DNA from: Anaerolineae bacterium
GTDB lineage: Bacteria > Chloroflexota > Anaerolineae > S140-20
DNA: 37,625 bases
Direction: 5' to 3'
Assembly: GCA_027021705.1 (NCBI GenBank)
Contig: JALUTT010000089.1
Span: 1-37,625 of the forward strand
In this document: positions 7,248-16,281 of the stretch, one piece after another
How the letters are laid out: every line of letters starts with the position of its first letter
Position numbering within the stretch: the stretch's first letter is position 1
Translations under genes and position numbers: made by a program
Notes under the pieces: generated by a model
What the model was told of the DNA's origin: nothing
Databases searched by the model: none
Seen by the model: the letters and a program-made list of their open reading frames with translations, nothing else

Positions 7248-9488
7248 CTACGAACCGCCTCGCTTCCACGGCAGCCGGATGGTGAAGGTCGCCCCCCGGC
7301 CCGGTTCGCTCTCCACCTCGATGGTCCCCCCGTGCTTCTCGACGATCCCGTAGCTCACCGCCAGCCCCAGGCCCGTGCCGGTCTGCTTGGTCGTGTAGAA
7401 GGGCTCGAAGAGCTTAGTCCGCTGCTCCGGCGTCAGACCGGGGCCTGTATCGCGGATGCTGAGGAGCACGTCGTCCCCCTGCCGCCGGGTGGAGACCCAC
7501 AACCGCCCTCCCGTCTCCATCGCCTCGATCGCGTTCACCACCAGGTTCAGGATCACCTGCATGATCTGGTCCGCCACCACAGAGACCAGCGGCAGGTCGG
7601 CAGCCAGGTCCGTCTCCAGGGCGATCTTGTTCTGCTGGATCTGCTTGTGAGTCAGCGCCAGGACCTGCTCCACCAGGGCGTTCAGGTCCGTGGCCTCCGC
7701 CTCCCCCCGAGAGGGGCGGTAGAACTCCAGCATCCGCTGCACGATGTGCACCAGCCGCTTGATCTCCCGGTCGGCCATCCGCAGGTACTTGGCCTTCTCC
7801 TCATCGCTGAGGGGGAAGTCGAGGGCCAGCCGGACGCAGTTGTGGATGGCCTGGAGGGGGTTGTTGATCTCGTGGGCCAGGGAGGCGGCCAGGCGTCCCA
7901 TTGCGGCCAGCTTCTCGCTCTGGATGAGCTGGGCCTGCGAGCGCTCCAGTTCGGCGGCGAATTGGCGCACCTCCTGGTAGAGGCGGGCGTTCTCGACGGC
8001 GGAGGCCGCCTGGCCCGCCAGCAGGGAGAGCAGCCAGCGGTCATCCTCCTCGAAGGGAGGGCGCGGCTGGTGGTCGCCGACGATGAGGACGCCCAACACC
8101 CGGTCCCGCAACACCATCGGCGCGGCCAGGAAGCGGGAGAAGGGCGGCTGGTCCAGCCACTCCGCCTCACGGCGGGGATCGTAGTTCCGAACGGCAATGG
8201 AGCGCCGGGTGGAGAGGACCTGCCCCATCAGGCCCCGATCGGCCCGCAGCCGTCCTTCGGCCCAGGGAGCCGGCAGCCGGTGACCGGCGGCCAACTCCAG
8301 GAACACCTCCTCGGCGTCCAAGAGGAAGAGGCCGCTGTAGTAAGCGTTGAGGAGGTAGGCCGCGTGCTCGGCGATCTGCTGGAGCAGGACGGGCAGGTCC
8401 AGGTTGTTGGCCAGCTCCAGTGCTACCTCCCGCAGGGTGGTCAGCTCGGCCACCCGCCGTTGGGCGCGGGCGTAGAGGCGGGCGTTGGCCACCGCTGCAC
8501 CGATCTGGTGGCCGATGGCCCCCAGCAGGGGGGCCTTCTCCGTCGGCAGCGACCAGTGGCCGTAGTCCCCCAGGTTCATCACCCCCATCGCCTGCCCTTT
8601 GGCCGCCAGGAGGATGCTGGCCCAGGTGATCTGCGAGGGCCGTCCGGGGATCCCCTCGCGCTGGTGGGGCGGGATGGAGAGGGTGGTGATGCTGAAGGGC
8701 TGCATCTGCTCGATGATCCGCCACATCGCGCTGCCATCCCTCGACACCCGCTGGACCCCCTGCAACAGCGCTCTGGGCAGACCTTGGTGGGCGACCAACT
8801 CCAAGGTCTCCGTGCCCGACTGGAGCAGGTAGATCGTCCCCCGGGGCAGGCCGGTCACCTGGCAGACGGTGGTCAGGGTCTGCTGGAGCAGGTCGGGCAG
8901 CTTCAGGGTCTGATTCAACGTCGTGGCGATGCGGTTGAGGGCCTGCAGTTCCTCGTTACGCCGGCGCATCTCGGCCTGGGCCTCCCGCTCCGCCCGGTAC
9001 CAGCGAACCAGGTTGTTGACCCGCGCCAGCAGTTCCACCGTGTCGAAGGGCTTGGCCACGTAGTCGTTGGCCCCCACCTCCAGCGCCGTGAGCCGATCCT
9101 GGGCCGTGTGGTAGGCGGTGAGCACCAGGACGGGCACCTGGGCCAAGGCGGGCTGGCTCCGCACCCAGCGGCAGACCTCGATGCCGTTCATCCCAGGCAT
9201 CATCAGGTCCAACAGGATCAGGTCAACACCCTCGTCCTCCTCCCATCGAGCATTCTCCAGGAAGGCGATGGCCTCAGGCCCCGAATAGGCGGAGTGGACG
9301 GTGTAGCCGGCGAGGTCCAGGGCGGCACTCAGCACCCCGACCGTCTCGGGATCATCATCCACCACCAGGACGTGCGAGGGCGGGGAGAAGGAAGCGGCAA
9401 TGGAGCGTTGGCGGGCCAGACCGGAACGGACCAACTGGAAGCCAGAGGGCTGGGCTCGGTCTGTGCGGTGAATGCTGTGGGTGGTCAT
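7248..9488 (-). CDS. Hybrid sensor kinase REC-GAF-GAF-HisKA-HATPase
   Basis: N-terminal REC (VVDDD, LLDLMMPG, KP); two GAF-like segments ending ANARLY/ENARLY; AHEINNPL, NLVVNA, DTGPG, GTGLGL. Confidence 0.92.
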   Translation of the reverse strand: MTTHSIHRTDRAQPSGFQLVRSGLARQRSIAASFSPPSHVLVVDDDPETVGVLSAALDLAGYTVHSAYSGPEAIAFLENARWEEDEGVDLILLDLMMPGMNGIEVCRWVRSQPALAQVPVLVLTAYHTAQDRLTALEVGANDYVAKPFDTVELLARVNNLVRWYRAEREAQAEMRRRNEELQALNRIATTLNQTLKLPDLLQQTLTTVCQVTGLPRGTIYLLQSGTETLELVAHQGLPRALLQGVQRVSRDGSAMWRIIEQMQPFSITTLSIPPHQREGIPGRPSQITWASILLAAKGQAMGVMNLGDYGHWSLPTEKAPLLGAIGHQIGAAVANARLYARAQRRVAELTTLREVALELANNLDLPVLLQQIAEHAAYLLNAYYSGLFLLDAEEVFLELAAGHRLPAPWAEGRLRADRGLMGQVLSTRRSIAVRNYDPRREAEWLDQPPFSRFLAAPMVLRDRVLGVLIVGDHQPRPPFEEDDRWLLSLLAGQAASAVENARLYQEVRQFAAELERSQAQLIQSEKLAAMGRLAASLAHEINNPLQAIHNCVRLALDFPLSDEEKAKYLRMADREIKRLVHIVQRMLEFYRPSRGEAEATDLNALVEQVLALTHKQIQQNKIALETDLAADLPLVSVVADQIMQVILNLVVNAIEAMETGGRLWVSTRRQGDDVLLSIRDTGPGLTPEQRTKLFEPFYTTKQTGTGLGLAVSYGIVEKHGGTIEVESEPGRGATFTIRLPWKRGGS

Positions 9489-9524
9489 AGAGGCAGCCTT
9501 TACACTGATGTTTGGGAACGATGG

Positions 9525-10205
9525 CTAGAACGGTTCGTCGTCGTAGAAGAGATTGACCTGATGGATGCTGGGGATCCGCCCCAGCTCTCGAATGAAGGCC
9601 CCCCCGCTCTCCCTGTCCTTGAGGTGGATGTAGAAGGAGAGCTCGAGAGCATTGCCGTTCCCGAGGGAGCGGACGTTGATGAGCCGGCAGTGTTTGCAGT
9701 ACCTCTCGAAGACCGGCAGATAGGGGGCTTTCGCCTCGGGAGACAAGGCATCCTCCGAAAGCGCCAGTTGCAGGACATACTCCCGTCGGTGGGGAGAGGC
9801 GTAGTTGGTCCGGGCCAGGAGGAGGATGACAGCCCCGATGAGCAGCGTGCTCATCAGCGCCATCACCGCCATCCCGACCCCCGCCGCCATCCCCACGGCC
9901 AGGGCGAAGAAGATGAAGACGATGTCCTGGGTGTCCTTGATGGCGGTGCGGAAGCGGATGATGGACATCGCGCCAACGAGCCCAAAGGCGCGGGCGAGGC
10001 TGTTCCCGATCACCATAATGACGACGGCGGTGATCATCGAGAGGGCCACCAGGGCGTGGACGAAGGTGACCGAGTAGCCCGGCCCTTTGTAGCTCCAGCG
10101 GTAGAGCAGCGAGATCAGGAAGCCGCAGAAGAAGGCCACCCCCAGACTGCCGAGGACCTGCCCGATGTAGATTTCGCTGAGGAAACCTTGAAGACCGTTC
10201 ATCAA
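9525..10205 (-). CDS. DUF4956 family membrane protein
   Basis: About 4 hydrophobic helices; IGNSLARAFGLVGAMSIIRFRTAIKD signature; directly downstream of a VTC gene. Confidence 0.85.
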   Translation of the reverse strand: MMNGLQGFLSEIYIGQVLGSLGVAFFCGFLISLLYRWSYKGPGYSVTFVHALVALSMITAVVIMVIGNSLARAFGLVGAMSIIRFRTAIKDTQDIVFIFFALAVGMAAGVGMAVMALMSTLLIGAVILLLARTNYASPHRREYVLQLALSEDALSPEAKAPYLPVFERYCKHCRLINVRSLGNGNALELSFYIHLKDRESGGAFIRELGRIPSIHQVNLFYDDEPF

Positions 10206-10304
10206 CCCGTTTCCCTTGCTCCCACCGAATCCATCCCGGCGGACGGACGGGCTCCCATCCGCCCAGGTCAGCGCCGTGAGAGGCGCTCCACGTCAGCGCC
10301 CCCA

Positions 10305-11084
10305 TCAGCAGGTGAAAGCCACGAGGGGGTGGGACGAAACCAGCATCGAACGCCGGGTGACCACCCAGGGCCTGCGGTGGGCCTCCAGACACAGGACGTA
10401 CTTGGAGAGGGCCAAGGGCTTCAGACCCAGGGTGCCGATGATCTCCCGCAGCCAGAGCGGTGGTCCGCCGCAACTCTTGACCTCCAGGATGAGGTGGGAC
10501 GGCATCGTGTAGCGATGCCCATCTTCCTGGAACAGGGCATCTAGCGAAGGGAAGAGGGCGCTACGTAGGTTCTTGTCGAAGGTGATGCGCAGGGCGTGGT
10601 TGAACCGGCTCTGATAGGCCTCGCGCTCGTAGACGATCAGGATGATTGGACGCAGCGCTCCCCTCCGCAGGTAGAAGAAAAACCGCTGGGCATCCTCCAG
10701 GGCGTTGGGAAAGGCCGGACCGGTCAGGACGTACCGCTCCACCTCGCCCGAGGCCAGGAGCGCCTGAACCTGGTCGTACCGAACCGGTGCCCGGCCCTTG
10801 ACGATCATCCTGCCATACTTCCCCTTGGTCTCCAGGAAGACGACATCCCCCCTACGGTACTCGTTGTATCCCCGGAGGCGGAGCTTCCGGCGGACCTTCA
10901 ACCCGGCCACCTTCTCCTGGTAGAAGGAGAGGGCCAAGGTGTCGAAGTAGATGCTGCGCACCGTGTACCCCGCCAGCCCCCTCTGAGCCGCGTAGACATC
11001 CGCCTCGACGAAGGGCGCGATCATCGCCCGCAGCTCCGAGAGACGCTCCACAGGGACCAGGTACTTGTACTCCAGGCGCATCAT
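10305..11084 (-). CDS. VTC / polyphosphate-polymerase domain protein (CYTH-like tunnel fold)
   Basis: RLEYKY, SIYFDT, RRKLRLRGY, FLETKGK, YEREAY, RITFD, LEVK, SKY motifs; likely start ATG 11084. Confidence 0.88.
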   Translation of the reverse strand: MMRLEYKYLVPVERLSELRAMIAPFVEADVYAAQRGLAGYTVRSIYFDTLALSFYQEKVAGLKVRRKLRLRGYNEYRRGDVVFLETKGKYGRMIVKGRAPVRYDQVQALLASGEVERYVLTGPAFPNALEDAQRFFFYLRRGALRPIILIVYEREAYQSRFNHALRITFDKNLRSALFPSLDALFQEDGHRYTMPSHLILEVKSCGGPPLWLREIIGTLGLKPLALSKYVLCLEAHRRPWVVTRRSMLVSSHPLVAFTC

Positions 11085-11146
11085 CGCCCTCGCCGGCCCG
11101 ACCCGTAACCATATCGAAAACCCGTACCCCATCGCAACTCGGCTCC

Positions 11147-11205
11147 ATTCTAGCACACCGATTTCCGCTACGGGTTACGGTTCAATTACGGTTCCGTTGC
11201 GCTCC
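11147..11205 (-). promoter_or_regulatory. Extended -10 (TGcTAGAAT) with three 11-bp-periodic direct repeats in place of -35
   Basis: Minus strand reads ggagcGCAACg gaaccGTAATt gaaccGTAACc ... TGCTAGAAT (11155-11147). Confidence 0.6.
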
Positions 11206-11212
11206 GGGGGAA

Positions 11213-11362
11213 GGCACCGAGGGGCAAGAAGCGAGGGGAGAGGGGATGGGGTATGAGGCACTGAGGGACGAGGAAGCGAGGCAGCCACCCGACTACCCGA
11301 CCACAGCGCCGAGCCACAACCGCTCAGGACTGAGGACTGAAGGCTGAGGACTATCCGACTGC
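11213..11362. repeat. Compound degenerate microsatellite (GAGGCA-type 8-mer, CCGACCAC-type 8-mer, GAGGACT 7-mer)
   Basis: gaggcactgagggacgaggaagcgaggcagc / cacccgactacccgaccac / caggactgaggactgaaggctgaggactat, starting at the LysM gene stop. Confidence 0.65.
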
Positions 11363-11363
11363 C

Positions 11364-12440
11364 TCAAGGCGTCGGGGACGGCGTTTCGGTGGGGGGAGGT
11401 AGGGTTGGGGTCTCCGTGGGCAGGAGCAACGTGCTGGTAGGCGTCGGCGTGGGCGTCGGCGGAGGGGGGCTGGGGGTGGAGACAGGGGTCGAGGTCGCCG
11501 TGGGAGGGGGCACCGTCGGCGTCAGCGTCGCCGTCGGCGTCACGGTAGGCGTCACGGCGGGCGTGGCCGTGGGGGATGGGGTCGCCGTGAAGGTGGGCGT
11601 GACCGGCTCCGTGGGCTGGATGGTCGCCGTCGGGGTGACCGTCACGGTGGGGCTGGGCGGCAACGGCGTCCAAGTCGGCGTGGCCGGCAGAGGCGTCGGT
11701 GAAGGCAGCGGCGGCGTGGGAGAAGGGGGTGGCGGCGGCGTGGGAGATGGCGGGATCGGCGTGGCCGTCGCCGTCGCCGTGGGGGTCACCGGGATAGGCG
11801 GCAGGTAGAGGCGCTGCCCGATCTTGATGGTGTAGCCGGTCAGACAGTTGGCCTGGACGATGGCGTAGATCGTCGTGTTGTGCCGCCGGGCCAGGGAGAA
11901 GAGGGTGTCCTTGGGCCGCACGATGTAGATGCGCCAGGTGACCGGCGGCCCTGTGCAGATGGGACGGGGCGTGGGAGTCTCCACCGGCGGAGCAGCCGGG
12001 CGGGGTGGCAGGTAGAGGTGCTGCCCGGGGAAGAGGACCGCCGTCTGCAGGCAGTTGGCCTGGAGCAAGGCCTCCGGTGAGAGCCCCACGCGCAGGGCCA
12101 GGCTGAGCAGCGTATCCCCGGCCTGGACCGCGTAGGGCTCCCAGTCGGCGGGGACGGGGCAGGGGGTTGGCATCTCCGGGGGAGGCGACGGCGGCGACGG
12201 CAGCGGGGTGGGACGGACCGGCGAGGGGGGAGGTGTGGCGACAGGAGCCGTCGGGGGAGGGGTGACCGGCGTTGTGTGGACCAGGGCCGGCGGGATGCCC
12301 GGGCGTCCGCCCACCTCATCCTGCCAGGTCAACAACACCGCCCCCACCAGGGTCGCCAGGGTGGTGACCATCGCCAGAAGGGCCACGCCGATCTGGCGGG
12401 CTATCGTCTCGCCCCGTCGCGCATCCCCCGTCGCCTTCAT
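11364..12440 (-). CDS. Membrane-anchored protein with two LysM domains and Pro/Thr-rich tail
   Basis: N-terminal TM helix; [13 protein letters not shown]...ANCL...GQHLYLP and [13 protein letters not shown]...ANCL...GQRLYLP; ATG 12440 overlaps upstream stop (ATGA). Confidence 0.88.
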   Translation of the reverse strand: MKATGDARRGETIARQIGVALLAMVTTLATLVGAVLLTWQDEVGGRPGIPPALVHTTPVTPPPTAPVATPPPSPVRPTPLPSPPSPPPEMPTPCPVPADWEPYAVQAGDTLLSLALRVGLSPEALLQANCLQTAVLFPGQHLYLPPRPAAPPVETPTPRPICTGPPVTWRIYIVRPKDTLFSLARRHNTTIYAIVQANCLTGYTIKIGQRLYLPPIPVTPTATATATPIPPSPTPPPPPSPTPPLPSPTPLPATPTWTPLPPSPTVTVTPTATIQPTEPVTPTFTATPSPTATPAVTPTVTPTATLTPTVPPPTATSTPVSTPSPPPPTPTPTPTSTLLLPTETPTLPPPTETPSPTP

Positions 12441-15220
12441 TGGGCTTCCGTCTGCTCCCACCGCTCCTCTTCCCCCTCAGGAGCCGGCGCTTCGGCATTC
12501 GGCTGGCGCAGGGGGAGGAGGACCGTAAAGGTGCTGCCCACTCCCATCTCGCTGTCCACCCAGATCCGCCCACCGTGGGCTTCGACCAGCGCCTTGGCGA
12601 CGGCCAAGCCCACCCCCCGCTCCCCCACCCCAGGGATGAGGGGGTGATCGGCCCGATAGAGGCGGTTGAAGACCCGGTGGCGGTCCTCGGGAGGAATCCC
12701 CCCGCCGGCGTCGGTGACGGTGATGATCAGGTAATCGGGGGAACCGATGGTGTGCTCTCCACCCGGCTGAACCCGCGCGGTGATCGTCACCTGGCTGCCC
12801 GACGGGGAACTCAGACAGGCATTGGAGAGCAGGTTGAGCACAACCTGGCTCAGGCCATCCCGGTCCGCATAGATGGGGGGCAACGGCTCCTCCAGGTCCA
12901 GGTGGATGCTGATCTCCTTCTCCGCACACTGGGTGGCGGCGTTCATAATCGCCTCTTCGATCAGCTCGGCGATCTGCACGGGTTCCGGTTCCAGACGGAG
13001 TTGCCCGGTGTCAATGGCCGTGACCTCGATCAGGTCATCCAGGTGGGCGTGCATCCGCTCAATGTTGGCCTTCACCCGCTGCAGGAACTTGCGCTGCAAG
13101 GCTCCCAGGATCCCCACCGATTCGCTGAGCAGCAGGTCGGTGTAGCCGGTGATGGAGGTCATCGGCGTGCGCAGTTCTTGGATCAAGGAAGCGATCATCT
13201 CGGCACGAGGCTGACGGTCGGCCAAGGAAGGGGCCTGGAGCATGACCAGCAGGCCACCCCGCCCCGGTTCCTGGACGTCAGGCAGGGGATGTAGCTCAAC
13301 CTGAATCGCCCGGTCGTCAATCTGGCACTGAAAGGCACGGGACAACCGAGCGGTGGTCTCCACAGCCGCCTCACCATCCCGCAGCACCTCGATCGCCTCC
13401 TGCATCACCTCCTGCCAGCGGGGATCGGTGCACAGCTCCACCAACGGTTGTCCCACGATCTCCCTCAGGGGGCGTTTGAACAGCACCTCCCCCTCCCCCT
13501 GAGCCAGCACGACCTGCCCTTGGGCGTCGGCCACCAGGACCCCCCAGAGCGTGGCCTGCCCTGCCCTAGGAGGATGCCGCTGAAGCTTCTCCTCCAACTG
13601 GACGATCCGCTCCCGAGCCCGCTTCAGTTCGCCTTCCAGGTTCTCCTGCAAGGCCATCAAGCGGTTTGCCTCCTGCTGCCAGCGGGCCAGTTCTGCCCGG
13701 GCTGCATCCCGCTCCTCCTGAAGCTGAGCGAGTCGAGCGTTCAACCGCTCGACCTCCTCCGGCGACGGGGCCTCCTGGAGGGCTGTCTGGTGGGCGTTGA
13801 TCAGGGCGGCCAGCTCGGCAATCCGACGCTGACGGGCCTCCAGCTCCTGCTCCGCTTCCATCAGGCGCTTGGCGAAACGCCGGGCCTCCTGCCGAGCTTC
13901 GGCCACCTGCGCCTCCACCTCCGCCCGCTGCCGGCTGACCTCCTCCTCGCGCTGGCGAAGCTGTTGGATCAGGTGCTCCACCCGTTGTTCGACACGCCGA
14001 TAGCGATGGGCGTTGACCAAGACGGTGGCGACACGCCGGGCCACCAGGTCCGCCAGCCGCTCATCCTCGGCCGTCCAGGGGCGACCCGACTGGGGATTCG
14101 CCAGGATCAGCACGCCGATGACATGCTCGCCATCCAGCAGGGGTTGGATGAGGAGCGGACCCGGCTGCGGGCTCCCCAGGGCGGCGAAGAGACGGCCCAG
14201 CGGAGCGCTCTCCCCCGGCCCATTCACCCGGACCCGCCGACGGCGGTGGATGGCCTGACGGAGAGCAGGTTGATCTCGAAGCGTCAGCACCTCCTCGCCG
14301 GCGACGGCCCCCCTGGGATGGCGGGCGGCGATGCGGACCCGGTTGGGGTCCTCCGCGACCGGGAGGCCGATGGCGCAGAGATCACCCTCCAGCACCGAGG
14401 CGGAGAAGGCGACCACCTGCTCCAGCAGGGCGGTGAAGTCCGAGGGGAGGGGGATCGTCTCGCCCAGCCGAAGGAGGCGGCGCGCCCACCCTTCGTCCAC
14501 CGAAGGGGCGGGGATGGAGGGGGGAAGGGCCACCGTCTCCCGGTAGACGAGGCTGGCCAGGAGGGGGTAGGCGGCCAGGTTGCCCAGCCGCACCCAGCCG
14601 GCGATGTGGGAGCCCTGAAGCGGGTCGAAGAAGTGCAGGAGGTGGCCCAGCAGCAGGGTGCCCAGAAGGGCCAGCACCAGCCCCCACTCACCGTGGCGGT
14701 GGATCACCAGCGTCGCCAGCCCCAGGGCCAGCATCGCCAGGCTCAGCACCTCCCAGACACTCTCCTGGGGCTGGCCGTTGTAGGCCAGGTTAGGGTCGGC
14801 CAAGGCGAGCCCATACCACTGGAGGGCGAAGAAGGCGTAGAGGGCCGTCAGGGCGATGAGGCCGAAGGCCAGGAGCGCACCGCTGGCCTGGGGATAACGC
14901 TCGCTCAGGGGCAGCGCCGCCCAGAGGATGAAGAGCAGCGAGGCCAGGTCCAGATAGCGTTCCAGGGGAGGGGCCAGGGCCGCCGGGACGAAGGTGCCGG
15001 TCTGGCCCAGCAGGGCGGCGAGCATCAGGACCGCCCGGGCCAGGAGCAGCCCGCCGGCAGCCAACAGCCAGCGCCGCAGGCGAGGGCCCTCCTCGCCCCG
15101 CATCCGGCGGCCCAGGAGCATCGCCAGGATCGCCTCCAGCGCGAAGAGGGTGACCAGGTGGTAGACCAGATCGCCCGGCGGCTCGCTCAGCAGCAGGATC
15201 GCTTCTCGGAGTAGGCCCAT
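12437..15220 (-). CDS. Multi-TM GAF / coiled-coil / HisKA-HATPase protein with degenerate H-box (pseudokinase-like)
   Basis: About 7 N-terminal TM helices, GAF, long coiled coil; H-box reads QELRTP; N (NLLSNA), G1 (DAGGGI) and G2 (GVGL) boxes present. Confidence 0.85.
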   Translation of the reverse strand: MGLLREAILLLSEPPGDLVYHLVTLFALEAILAMLLGRRMRGEEGPRLRRWLLAAGGLLLARAVLMLAALLGQTGTFVPAALAPPLERYLDLASLLFILWAALPLSERYPQASGALLAFGLIALTALYAFFALQWYGLALADPNLAYNGQPQESVWEVLSLAMLALGLATLVIHRHGEWGLVLALLGTLLLGHLLHFFDPLQGSHIAGWVRLGNLAAYPLLASLVYRETVALPPSIPAPSVDEGWARRLLRLGETIPLPSDFTALLEQVVAFSASVLEGDLCAIGLPVAEDPNRVRIAARHPRGAVAGEEVLTLRDQPALRQAIHRRRRVRVNGPGESAPLGRLFAALGSPQPGPLLIQPLLDGEHVIGVLILANPQSGRPWTAEDERLADLVARRVATVLVNAHRYRRVEQRVEHLIQQLRQREEEVSRQRAEVEAQVAEARQEARRFAKRLMEAEQELEARQRRIAELAALINAHQTALQEAPSPEEVERLNARLAQLQEERDAARAELARWQQEANRLMALQENLEGELKRARERIVQLEEKLQRHPPRAGQATLWGVLVADAQGQVVLAQGEGEVLFKRPLREIVGQPLVELCTDPRWQEVMQEAIEVLRDGEAAVETTARLSRAFQCQIDDRAIQVELHPLPDVQEPGRGGLLVMLQAPSLADRQPRAEMIASLIQELRTPMTSITGYTDLLLSESVGILGALQRKFLQRVKANIERMHAHLDDLIEVTAIDTGQLRLEPEPVQIAELIEEAIMNAATQCAEKEISIHLDLEEPLPPIYADRDGLSQVVLNLLSNACLSSPSGSQVTITARVQPGGEHTIGSPDYLIITVTDAGGGIPPEDRHRVFNRLYRADHPLIPGVGERGVGLAVAKALVEAHGGRIWVDSEMGVGSTFTVLLPLRQPNAEAPAPEGEEERWEQTEAQ

Positions 15221-15330
15221 CGCGTCGTCTCGTCAGCAGGTCCGTGCATGAGGATGGCCGAGGCCGGTGCAAACGTTAAGCAGCCCGCCACCTCCTCGGC
15301 AAAGGGATACAGTGCAGTGCGGCCGCGCTG

Positions 15331-15681
15331 TTACAGGGCTGCGCCCTCCGCTTCAATTATCCGCCTAATGCCCTGAGATAAAGAGGGGATCTTGTTCACC
15401 ACAACATCCCACACAATTTCATAATCCACACCGAAGTAATGATGAATCAACCGATCACGCATCCCGGCCATAGCCCGCCATTCTATGTGGCCGTACTTCT
15501 CCCTCATCTCCGGCGGTATCTGCTTCGCCGCTTCGCCGATGATTTCAAGACTCCGAACAAAGGCTCGTTGGAGAGTGGGATCATTCAGAAACTCCTCGTA
15601 TGTGAGCCCTCGGGCTCGGTTCATCAAATACTCCGTCTCATCAAGGATATGCCGCAGGTATTCAATCGCCGAACGGGACAT
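15331..15681 (-). CDS. HEPN/DUF86 (HepT-like) toxin
   Basis: [17 protein letters not shown] (Rx4HxY); overlaps the MNT gene. Confidence 0.9.
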   Translation of the reverse strand: MSRSAIEYLRHILDETEYLMNRARGLTYEEFLNDPTLQRAFVRSLEIIGEAAKQIPPEMREKYGHIEWRAMAGMRDRLIHHYFGVDYEIVWDVVVNKIPSLSQGIRRIIEAEGAAL

Positions 15682-15973
15682 ACTCTACCTCACGCATAAT
15701 GTGCGGCTTCAGATAAGGGCTGAGGGCTTCAAGGGTCACCAACTCCACCCGTCGCCCCAACAATTGCTCTAACAAAACGGCCGTCCGGATGAAATTGTCA
15801 AAAGTCTTCTGGTCGGGTTCAAATTCCACGAGAATGTCAACGTCGCTGCTGTCGGTCTGCTCTCCACGCACAAAAGAACCGAATAAACCTAGCTTTCTTA
15901 CCCCCAATTCCCGAAAGGAATCCTGATATTGCTGAAGAAGGGACAAAATATCGTCTTTCACCCACACAACCAT
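15662..15973 (-). CDS. MNT nucleotidyltransferase (MntA-like antitoxin)
   Basis: LFGSFVRGEQTDSSDVDILVEF (GSx10DxD); visibly lower GC than the flanks. Confidence 0.9.
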   Translation of the reverse strand: MVVWVKDDILSLLQQYQDSFRELGVRKLGLFGSFVRGEQTDSSDVDILVEFEPDQKTFDNFIRTAVLLEQLLGRRVELVTLEALSPYLKPHIMREVEYVPFGD

Positions 15974-16115
15974 CTGACTTGGCCCTTCCTTCCGACTGTT
16001 GACAGCAATCCGTTGGGGAACGGATAGCTATCGGCGGATTTGAGAGCGGATTGAGCGGATGGGAGATGACCACTCCGTAAACGGTTTAGAGGAACCGCCT
16101 ACACCGAGCAACCCA

Positions 16116-16144
16116 AGTATATACCGAAACCACCGGCGTGTCAA
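16116..16144 (-). promoter_or_regulatory. Sigma70-type promoter
   Basis: TTGACA (16144-16139) - 17 nt - TATACT (16121-16116). Confidence 0.75.
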
Positions 16145-16181
16145 AAAAAGAGCCAGCGCAGATAAGCGTTGGGTCTGCCGT

Positions 16182-16212
16182 GACTCCCGAAGTCTACCGG
16201 ACTTCGGGAGTC
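16182..16212. repeat. REP-doublet-like 13-bp inverted repeat
   Basis: gactcccgaagtc-taccg-gacttcgggagtc; each arm is itself an imperfect palindrome. Confidence 0.6.
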
Positions 16213-16236
16213 TGGACCCAGGAGTTATTCGCGCCA

Positions 16237-16269
16237 ACAAGGAAAGCCCCGGAACCTGCGTTCCGGGGC
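16237..16269 (-). terminator. Probable intrinsic terminator after the S9 peptidase gene
   Basis: gccccggaac-gcag-gttccggggc followed by tttccttg on the minus strand. Confidence 0.65.
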
Positions 16270-16281
16270 CGTCGCCTACCC

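Noticed and set aside
7332..10544. 1070-aa plus-strand ORF
   Set aside because: Antisense shadow of the kinase, DUF4956 and VTC genes in high-GC DNA; no recognisable motifs.
11364..11800. Repetitive GGCGTCGGC/GGCGTG DNA
   Set aside because: Explained by Pro/Thr-rich coding sequence (same at 33260-33405).
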